Below, one piece after another: positions 13,230 through 23,055 of a DNA stretch of 64,000 nucleotides. The notes beneath the pieces are model-generated. The model did no database searches and had not been told where the DNA came from. It was given only the letters and a program-made list of their open reading frames with translations. The position numbers and the translations under genes were made by a program. The stretch's first letter is position 1. Each line of letters opens with the position of its first letter. The stretch comes from Camelus dromedarius (taxonomy: Eukaryota). The stretch lies in the NCBI RefSeq assembly GCF_036321535.1, contig NC_087447.1, forward strand, positions 51,648,001 to 51,712,000. The letters are read 5' to 3'.

Positions 13230-15938
13230 GTCATTTGACTCTTGATGCCTCCAAATCTTCCAGTCATAGGATTGTGGATTTTTAGTTTGAAAGAGTTTCT
13301 GTTTAGTACAACTCCTCAATTTCCTAGGTGGGAAACTGAGGCCCAGAGAGGTGGGGTGACTTGCTTGAGGTTCCCAGCGAGTTAGTTGTGGCTTTAAGGA
13401 GAATATTTTATGATCAGTAGCACTGGCCATTCCCTCCGCCTGGAAGACAGAGCTTCCAGAAGTTGAGAATATTCAGGTCTCAACACAGATATTTCTTTTT
13501 CCCTGAGGGTAATAACTGGCCTGAATTCCTGACCCCCAGGCCATAGGCATCCCCTGGGGATCTTGTTGAAATCCAGCTTCAGGAAGGCGTGGGCAGGGCC
13601 TGTGAATCTGCATTTCTGATGAGCTCCCCAGTGATTAGATGCTGCTGGTCTGCAGACCACACTTATAGTAACAAGGCTCTTGTTCATCATTTCATTCTCT
13701 TCCTAGTAACTGTCACAATATGATATTATCATATTTATCTGTGCTTTGTCTATAGTGGCTTTCCTTCAACTTCATATGAACTGCCTGGCCCGCCTTGGGC
13801 CCTGATATATCCCCAGGCCCAGCACAGTGCAGACACACAGTAGGCTGTCAATACACATGATCCCCCTGTTGACAGAGGGAGTCGGGTTCTGGAGGGCAGG
13901 GACCTTGTTTGGTTTTCTCCTTCCTCCTCATGGCACAGCCTGGGGTAGGAGCACACAGCAGGGACTCAGTGACTGGGGTTAGAGGTTGGAGTGGCTCCTG
14001 GTGCTTGACCCCATATGTTCCCCAGTAGGTCAGGACTAGAGTGACAAACAGCCTAGGCCCATGAATGTCAGATGATGTGTGTGTGTATATGTAAATCATT
14101 TTTAAAACTAGAAAACTTATCACAACCTTGGTCTGAGTTCACTCTGTAGCTGCTTGGGTCTAAGCCCAGGCAGGGTTACTTGGAGTCTGGCAGCCTCAGG
14201 GCACAACTTGATCAGCTTACCTCTTGCACCACATACGCGTGGTATTCTTGGCCTGGCCCTTGGGGACACTGACCCCAGGTCATCTGGGGCCAGTTCAGTT
14301 TGCCCAGCATGGGGGCATTCAGATACCTGGAGGGGGAGGCCACAGGCAGCTCTGCCGAGGTCACTCCAGTAAAGTGCCTCATTCAGCCTGTTTCCCCACC
14401 TGAGGGCAGGAGGGAAGACTGGGGACACTGAATGATGTTTAAGGGCTAGCCCAGCTTCTACTACTTCCATCCCCTCCCCACCTGCAGTGGCCCAGCTAGA
14501 CAAGATAACCTCCCACCCTGGGACGTGGCATCTTGAGAGCAGGGACACCTGAGTCCACTGGGCCCTTCTGAGCCAAGGGCCACCTCACCCGACCCACCAC
14601 ACCCCCTGAGAAGACCCCACATCCTTTCTTACCTGCCTTCCTTCTCTCCCAACTCCTAGTACTTGTCTCAGTCCAGCTTGTCCCCTTAGATCCCTGATAA
14701 TTGGCTGACAGCTGCTGATTCAGAACATTTTATCCAGGGCCCTTCATCTGCCAGGTGGATCTGGAGGAGTCTCTTTCATAGCCTGCAGGCTGGATGCCCC
14801 TGGCCATGCCGACCCTCCTGTCCCTCCTTCCCAGGGCTCCCCTTCTGCTCTGCACTCACTCACAGGCTCTTTATTCCCCCAGTCACCAATTCGCTCACTC
14901 ACTCACTCATTCACGTGGCACTTGCTCAGTCCCTCAGGGCCAGCGCCAGGAGTGTGACCGGGAACAAATTGGCCCGAGGTGGGGTTAATGCACACATAGA
15001 GGCAGAATGACACAGCGGGGCCCTGGGGCCATGTGCTCAGGTGGAGTCCCCCAAAGTCTGAGCTGGAGAGGATCAGCCCCCTCATTGAAGAAATGCGGAA
15101 AGGGAGGGTCAGGGTGGCCCCAGGCCACTGGGTAGAAGAGGAAGGAGGCCGTTTCTTAAGGGGCTCTCCTGACCTCCCACCACACTGAGTCAGCTCGCCC
15201 AGCCCTGCCTGTAGGCAGAACATCATGTTTTCCAGTTCTGAGGCAGTGACCTTGGTGCCGATTTGAAAATGTGAGAACTAAAGCAGGGTAACACCCTTAG
15301 GTACCCTGAAGTAGACTCAGAAAAGCTGGAAGGGCTTTCCCTCAGAGGTCTTCAAACCCTCCACTTTACAGCTGTGGACCCTGGAGCTCAGGAAGTCTGG
15401 TCACAAGGGGGCCTAGAAGGAGCTCCAGAACCCAAACCACGATGTCCAGCCTTGTAGTCTCTGGCTGTACCCGCTGCTCAGCCATCCTCGGTGTTTGAAT
15501 ACAAAGGGGAAGCCTCATCTTCCTGAGGAGGAAACATCTTAAGAACATTTTCCCTAATAAAAATATAAAACAAACAAAACAAACAATATTTTAGGGCTGG
15601 AAATGAATTAATCAAGCGGTTATTGAAGTAATCTATGAAAATTAAATTCTTTCACTTAACCTATTAATTTAGGAAATTTGCTCTTTTCCACTCATAGTTT
15701 ATGAAACACTTTTACGCAAATTCTTTACCCAGCTGTCTGGTGGAGGGACTGCTGGGCTAACGCATCTTGCCAACAGCTGTGTTTGCATTCACGTACTGGG
15801 AACGCACCATGTATGATGAAGGCTCTCAGGACAGGAGTATGGCATCTGCCTCCTTTCCCGAGGAGGAATTCTGGAAAAGAGCCTCCCCTTGCAATCAGGA
15901 CCATGAGGCAGTTTCGAGCACCTGCTTTGCTGTGGCCA

Positions 15939-15955
15939 CATGTGGCTCCCTCGTG
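15939..15955. promoter_or_regulatory. Candidate carbohydrate response element (ChREBP/MLX ChoRE)
   Basis: CATGTG-GCTCC-CTCGTG fits CAYGNG-N5-CNCRTG exactly, about 2.45 kb upstream of the THRSP TSS. Confidence 0.6.
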
Positions 15956-18254
15956 GTGTCAAAACCCCGCCCAAGTCAGGTGACTATTTTTCAAGATGAC
16001 TGGACATTATAACCAAAGACCCTAGAGTGTATCAAGAAGAAACTGATGGTCATCATTCAGCTGTATTTGCAGTGCTGGGCACCAGGACAGGTACACAAGG
16101 AACTGAAATTTTTGTAGCAAGTCCTAGGATGGAGGAATTAATGAGGAATTGCAGCATGACCTAGGAAAGGAGAAGTGGCCAGGAGGCAGTGCATGTTTAC
16201 TGCGGTCTTGCAATATACCAGATACTTCACAAACGTCATCTCTAATCCTCCTAACTACTGATAGGTAGCAGTTACCTCTCATCCCAACTCCTACTTGCCT
16301 AAGAACTAATAGTGTGTGTTTTAAGGCTAATTACTTGATCATCCTAAGCCTCAATTTCCTCCTCTGAGATTGAGGACTACCGACCCCATAGGATTGTTCA
16401 AAGGACTGAGTTCTGTTCCAAATACTTTGCATATATCACCTTAGCTTAGAATAGCGAGCCCTCAATCGATGTTTGCTCCTATCATTATTACAACATAGGA
16501 GGAAGCTAAGGTTCAGAGAGGAGCAGTGACAAGCCCAGGGCCACACAGCCAGAGGGAGAATGAGCTGGCTGTGTTCTCTGTTCCACTTCACAACCTGCAG
16601 TGCAGAAAGGGTTGAGATGGAAGCTTTGCCCTCATAGCAGGCCCATGGCTGGACTTGGCTACCCTCTGTGCTCTAGAGATGCAAGGCCAACTATCCAGTG
16701 CAGGATGACCCCAGGTCACCTGTGGCTACATGCCTGGCCAGCCCTTGAAGGGGACTTGGAGAGAGGGACGACTGTCACTTTCCTCTGAGGACTGGAGAAC
16801 TGGGCTGAGCCTCCTCCTGTCACATCTGAGACCTTGGGCAAGTACCCCCACCACTTCCTCAGTCTCAGTTTCCTCATCTGAAAAGGGGGATACTAATGTT
16901 TTTCTGCCTCATAAGGCTGTTATGTGACTGAGCAAGGTAAAGTCTGGGAGACGGTTTTTTATACTACCCTGTTGTGCTAATATAGCAGAGGTAAGGCCCA
17001 TGACTTTGGGGTGAGGTGAGTATTTTCATTTAATGGGGAAGGTCTACAGGGAGTTAGAATCTAGTTTAACACAAAGATGAACTTTCTCATAGCTCTGGCC
17101 ATAGGAGTGGAAGGGAGTGGGCCAGTGGATGACTACCAGTCAGGAGGAGGCAGAGGAGGTTCCTGCCCTGAGTGGGGGTGACGGTGGCTTAGGTGAGACA
17201 AGATCTGCTCCCATGTGCTCCTTCACCTCTCCTCCCCATGCAAGGGCAGAAGGCACTTAGCAAATCTTTCCAACCCATAGAGTGTTGCAAACAAGTGCCT
17301 GAACCAGAACTCAGGAGGTTGTATGCACTTGACTCTGCCACTAACTTGTATAACTTTGAGTGTCTCACTGGCCTCATTTTCCTAGCTATCTCATAAATAA
17401 ATATAGCAAATGCAATTTGTCAGCTGTGATAATTTGCAATACAAAGGATTATTACCTTCCAAGACTGTTGACCAAAGGACTAGGTCAATGGTAAAGAGGA
17501 AGCATTATAACTCATGGAATCACAGGGTAGAGTTGAGAGGGACCTCAGCATTAATCTAGAATCTGCAAGGATAATATATCTGGGAACTATACTTCGTGAT
17601 TTACAAAGTATTTTCTTTAGCTTTATCTTCTTCCACCCTCACAACTCCTCAAATTTACATATAAGGATATGGATCCCATTAACTTGTATAACTTTTGCAA
17701 CCTCACACATCATTCTAGAGCCCTGACTGAAGGTGGAAGAGAGGTGGTTCCAGACTGGAATCCCAGTTCCAATGGCACTGGGAAAGTTACTTTTGACTGT
17801 CTTACCTCAGTTTCCTCAATGGTAAAACAGGAATATGAAAACATTCATCATAGCGTTGTGGTGAAAAGCTTACTATAGAACTTGATGGGAAGTGGGTGCT
17901 TAGTAAATGTTAGCCAGCAAATCATTAAACACACAGCCAGGAAATGCAGAACTGGGCTTCTGGCTCCCACATGAGTGCTCTTTGCCACACACTAAGCTGT
18001 CTCATTGCATCACACTCCGCCTTTGCTCATTTCACAGCCGGGGCACCCAGGTTGAAGAACGGAGCTGCACACTAGGACACAGGCAGCCAAGAGGCAGCTT
18101 GGTCTCAGATGATCTGAGAAAATTAATGATTACCCTGGGGTCAAGTGCATCAGTTGCCAAAGGGAAAGGCTTCCTTCTAACTGGCCCAGCGAGCTCATGA
18201 AGGAGGAGTTGAGGCAGTCATGGAGCGCTGAAGTCTGGCAGTTCTGTCCCTGAG

Positions 18255-18400
18255 CAGGTGAATCACCTGATACCAACGCTGGGACCCAAGCCCTGGGATT
18301 GGCCTAAAAGAGGGCTGTGTACCTACTGGTTGGGCCTTGGCATCCTGTCAAACTGCTGTGCATCCAGACATAAAAATAACAGCCTGGAAATAGTTCTGGG
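18255..18400 (+). promoter_or_regulatory. THRSP: THRSP proximal promoter: SRE/E-box, inverted CCAAT (NF-Y), NF1 site, TATA-like box
   Basis: TCACCTGAT 18263-18271, ATTGG 18298-18302, TTGGCATCCTGTCAA 18337-18351, TAAAAAT 18371-18377; order and spacing resemble the rodent S14 promoter as I recall it; implied TSS near 18400. Confidence 0.75.
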
Positions 18401-18437
18401 GCAGTCTGCTGGACTCAGCATGGGAGAGAAAGCCACC

Positions 18438-18890
18438 ATGCAGATGCTGACCAAGTGCTACCCCAAGAACAGCCTGCTGACTGTCATGGACCGGTACTCG
18501 GCCGTGGTGCGCAACATGGAGCAGGTGGTGATGATCCCCAGTCTTCTGCGGGACGTGCAACTGAGTGCGCATGGCTGCCAGGTCCAGGCGGGGGCCCCCG
18601 ATCTCTACAACTGCTTCACCATGCTCAAGGCCATCCGTGTGGACGTGGACAATGGGCTGCTGCCCCGGGATGAGTGGCAGGCCAAGGTGGCAGCTGGCAA
18701 ACCTGACGAGGCTGAGAATGAAGCTGCAGAGACAGAGGAGGCCGGGGAGGAGAGGGTCTCGGGGAAGCTGGACCTGGAATCTCAGTTCTACCTGCACTTC
18801 TCCAGCCTTCATCACATCCTCACCCACCTGACCCTGAAAGCTGAGGAAGTGACGAGGAAATACCAGGAGATAATGGGACAGGCCATGTAG
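18438..18890 (+). CDS. THRSP: Thyroid hormone-responsive protein Spot14 (150 aa from the canonical ATG); whole CDS in exon 1
   Basis: Translation MQMLTKCYPKNSLLTVMDRYSAVVRNMEQVVMIPSLLRDVQL...LHFSSLHHILTHLTLKAEEVTRKYQEIMGQAM matches Spot14; Kozak GCCACCATG at 18432-18440; TAG at 18888-18890; donor AAG|GTAATT at 18908/18909. Confidence 0.97.
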   Translation: MQMLTKCYPKNSLLTVMDRYSAVVRNMEQVVMIPSLLRDVQLSAHGCQVQAGAPDLYNCFTMLKAIRVDVDNGLLPRDEWQAKVAAGKPDEAENEAAETEEAGEERVSGKLDLESQFYLHFSSLHHILTHLTLKAEEVTRKYQEIMGQAM

Positions 18891-21800
18891 GCCTGGACTC
18901 CAGACAAGGTAATTGTGGCCATGCCAGTGGGTGTCAGAGTCCACTGAAGCACCTTCCAGGGGAGGAAAGGGATCAGGGGTGAACCTAGTGGGAGAGGGAG
19001 AGCCCGGCTCTCAGACAAAGCCGCCCTCCCTTTGGGGTATAGACCACTACCTGGGGCAGCCCAAGGTCGGGCCTTCCTTACTCGCCTTCTGATCCAGAAT
19101 TGGTGAATAATGGTGGCAAACTGTTAAGGAAACAGAGGGAAAAGTGGCTTATGAGTGTGTACCTTATGTGCACATATATATGTTTGTACTTGTGAGTGTT
19201 TATTAGTAAGTATGTGAATATTTGGAACCATATGAACTAGATATGTGTGTTCCCACCACTGACTTCTTTAAGAATCTGAGTAAAGCCAAGGACTCTCTCC
19301 CCAGAGTCCAGGCATTTAGACAGATAACTGTACCTGCAATTTCAGGGGATATGCCATCTACCAAGGCCCATCCATGAATTCTAAAATAAGAACCCCTGAT
19401 GCCATATATGAGTAATACATGATATCTATTTGGACACATAGTAAATGCTAGCACAGCCCCTAAATGCTTGACATAGGAATAATTCCTTTAATCTTCACAA
19501 TAATTCTATTAAGATAGGTTTTATTATTTCTATTTTACAAATGAAGAAACTTACCCAAGGCACTCAGGTGTCCAATGTGAATTCTATGTGTGTGTGGCAC
19601 TGCTTCCAACATTTTTTCAAGTAATGGACTATGGAAAATTATATTTATATGGTACATGGTGGTACATCGTTAAGGCTGCTCATGGTAGTCCTGCAACGAG
19701 CAGGAGTACTCTGGCCATCCCAAATGCAGCCAGCCAAATGGAAATCTAAGGGACCACTATGTTGGCACTCTAATCCATTCCAGGCACATCAACACAGAGG
19801 AATGCCCATTGGGAAACCCACTTGTGAAGACATACGCATATGTGTTGGAATCTGAGCACAGAATGCCTGGGGTTGTGAGGTGTAGATGAGCAGGAAGCTA
19901 GACTAGCAGGTAGTGGCACAGGGTAGGAGATGGGAAGGGGACCTGGGACAGTCATGGGTGTGTCAGTCCTGGGTAAAGATGGAGAGAAGGTTGGTCACAG
20001 CACATGTCAGTTTTGATTCTGCCAGCCCTGCTCCCATAAACTGGCTTTATCAGTGATAAACCATGCCATGTCCACAGGAATCTCAAAACCTACCCGATGT
20101 AGATATGTGGGGCAGAATTTTTATCCCCATTTTACTTGTAAGGAAATTAAATCCAGAGAGATGAAATGACTCACCCAAACTCACATAGTTAGTAAGGGGA
20201 CAAAAAAAGCAAGACTGGCCCCAATTTTGAGCTGGGGGTACTTTCCATCAGACTCACTCTCTGTCATGTTGTGTTAGCGTCATGATATTCCTGAGGCTGT
20301 AGTGATGGGAATACACATGGACCCTGAACACATGGCCTATAGAGAGTTCTGCTCTAGGTGTTTTCTCAGCCATTTTTCCTTCCCCTACTTCAAACCCAGA
20401 CCCAAACTTCCAACTTCAGCTTTGCTTCCCTCTCCTGTTGAGGCTCCTGGGTGTCTTTCAGAGGTTCTTGAATGTAACTGGGCTGGGTCAAGAGCTCTGC
20501 CTTTAGTCCTGATTCCAGCACTATGAGCTGTGAGGACTTGTATTTGCTCACTTCTCTGGGTTTCAGTTTATTCCCCATAATAGTATTAGTAAAAACAAAA
20601 ACAAAAACAAAACAACAACAAAAACCAATCGGCACTTGAATAGTTCTATAGTTTAAGATCACTTTCGTATGAATTGTCTAATGGAATTATATAATCTCCT
20701 TCTACAGATGAAAAAACTGGAGGTCTGAGAAGTAAGAGTCCAAGGTTACTCAGGAAATGGCAGAACCAAGATGAGAATCAACCCTGGCCTAACTCACATT
20801 TAATTCCTTTCCTCTACACAACTGGATTTCCTTAGCACCTTAGAAGTCTGCAGCTGGAGGTGGGAACTTGGGATGGCAGAGTGGATAGAAACCCCATTAC
20901 TTGACCAGCTAAACTGCTTCAAAGACATGAGCAGCCAATTCTACATTGCAATGCTTCAACACACCCTAAACTGTTTTTTTTTGTGGCATCTGTAGAGAAG
21001 TTAAAAAATATCTGGGCTCTTGTCCTGGCTCTGCATTGACCTCTGTCTGCCCCCGGACAACTTATTTCACCTTTCTGTATGGTTTCCCTGTTAATAAAAT
21101 GCAGAAATGAAACTAGATGAGATATTGCAGCTCTGACAACTGGATTCTTACGGCAATAGAACACCGCTGGGGTTTTCCTACAGCAGCACCACTGAGCTTT
21201 TTCAGTGGTTTTCCTAATTTAACAGGAATGTGGCAGTATCTAGGTGGTGTGAATTTACACTGACTTTTTTTTTTTTAAATTTCTGCACTCGACAGCTTAC
21301 TCTGCATGATAGAAAGCAGACTCTGTGATGAGGACACGGAACAGTTTACTAGCCCTGATTACAGGACCAGAAAGACCTGGACCTGCAGCTGGAAGTGAAG
21401 GCGCCTGCGATGCCTGGGATGCTTCTCCTCTTTCCTCTGAGAACCAATTCGTGGACTCATCACTGAGTCACCTTTAGGATGCTTGTTGCTATTCACAACT
21501 CTCCTCACTCCTCTAACCAGCTGGGGGTGGTAGCCAGTAGTTCAACAGGGACCAGATGTCACCTGGTTAGTGTGGTACAGGAGAAAGAGAAGTTTTAGCA
21601 TCTGACTAACCGAAGTTCACATCCCTCCTCTTGGCAGTCATTCACTGTGATCTTGGGCAAGTTATTTAATCCAGTGGAGCCTAAATTTCCTCATCTATAA
21701 AATGGCTATAGTATTACCTACCTCATAAAGTTATGAAAATTTAACAAGAGAATGACTCAAAAGCATCTGGCATACGAGAGCTATTATTACAGGTGGATTT

Positions 21801-22108
21801 CCTCCCCCCACCCTCACCACGTATTTGTTCTAGCCCTCCCTTACTGTTCTCTAGAACTAGCAGAGTCCCTGGAATCTGAGTGAGTGGCTCACACCCTTAT
21901 ACTTGCCAAGCACAGGTGAACTATAAGCCTATATTGCAGTAGCAGTTAAAAAACACTTTGTATTTATACGTATTTTAATCAACTTCTACTTTCTCAGACA
22001 TGACTTCATTTTTAACAAATGGGACTCAAGAGAAAAGGAACTCATTTGATTTTGCCCAGAAACCATCTGCTTATATTCATACTGCCACCTAATTTAAAAC
22101 CACACTTA

Positions 22109-22114
22109 AATAAA
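22109..22114 (+). terminator. THRSP: Probable THRSP poly(A) signal AATAAA
   Basis: First plus-strand AATAAA I found after the predicted exon-2 acceptor. Confidence 0.55.
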
Positions 22115-22118
22115 CAAT

Positions 22119-22124
22119 TTTATT
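22119..22124 (-). terminator. NDUFC2: Candidate distal NDUFC2 poly(A) signal AATAAA (a proximal ATTAAA lies at 22889-22894)
   Basis: TTTATT on plus strand about 880 nt downstream of the NDUFC2 stop codon. Confidence 0.5.
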
Positions 22125-22554
22125 AATCTCCAAATATCAATCTGATTATAGAATCCGAGCTTGGAAACAAGAATGTTTTGGACAAGCATTTTAACTTGAT
22201 AAGCCATTAAGAGTATACTCCTCCTAGTCAGGTGGGACCTTTTACTTCTAACTGCACCAAGCCCCACCGTAGACTGCGTTAGCCACCCAGCCCACTTTTC
22301 CCAGGACGATCAGTCTGAGAGTGGAGACCCCTTTACAGTATCAGTCTTCTAGCTGCTCTCCTGGTCTTGAGTCTCCTCCTCCTAAACCACCCTCTGTGTT
22401 ATTGCGGAGAGCTTAGCAATACAAACCTGACCATGTTATTCCTATTTAAAACCCTTCAGTGACTTCCCACTACCTACAGGATCAAGTCAAAATTATTCTG
22501 CACAACTCACAAAACCCTCCATAATCTGGCTTGCTTTGTTTCATTTTGCAATAG

Positions 22555-22760
22555 AACTGGAGCAGGCAAAATTCTTCTGTGAAGGACCATATGTTAAGTA
22601 TTTCACGTTTTGCAGGCCACAGGGTCTGTCACGACCACTCAACTCCACTGCTGTGGCGTGGAAGCAGCCACACACACATACACCAGTAAGCCTGGCTGTG
22701 TTCCAGGAAAACTGTAGGCGTGAGCTGGATATGGCCCACGAGGTAGTCTGCCAACTCCGA
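22555..22760 (+). mobile_element. MER58A-like hAT-Charlie element
   Basis: GCAGGCCACAGGGTCTGTCACGACCACTCAACTC...GGCTGTGTTCCA...GTAGTCTGCCAACTCC. Confidence 0.75.
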
Positions 22761-23005
22761 ACCACAGCTAAACCCCATTTTAAAATCTGCTAGATGTCTT
22801 CTTAAAACTCAATAAATGGAAACTGACCATTCTCCAATGAACTATTTTTCTTATGACAAAAAGGAGTCAGAGTGCTTATGATGACCATTTTAATCACAAG
22901 GTGTTAACATGTATATTAACATAAACTTCAGATGTCATAGAAACAGTTCCATAAAATTCAGAGATAACCAGTACTGGTGAAACTGGAACAAGCATTTTGG
23001 AGATT

Positions 23006-23055
23006 TCAATGCACTGGATGGAATTCTTCAAGAATTTCACTATAAGTTTTCTTAT
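23006..23055 (-). CDS. NDUFC2: NDUFC2 coding exon 3
   Basis: TTTATAG acceptor; encodes (D)[15 protein letters not shown] then TGA. Confidence 0.94.

Larger units (their letters stand above)
21296..22140 (+). other. THRSP: Probable non-coding exon 2 (3' UTR) of THRSP; end approximate
   Basis: Branch-like CTGAC, a T12 tract and GACAG acceptor ending at 21295; AATAAA at 22109-22114; THRSP is known to have its single intron in the 3' UTR. Confidence 0.6.

Noticed and set aside
18258..18419. 5' part of the 210-aa ORF called by the ORF track
   Set aside because: It starts at a GTG inside the promoter, upstream of the TATA-like box; the real protein starts at 18438 or possibly 18420
18348..18944. 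198-aa antisense ORF over THRSP
   Set aside because: A shadow of the GC-rich coding strand with no recognisable homology
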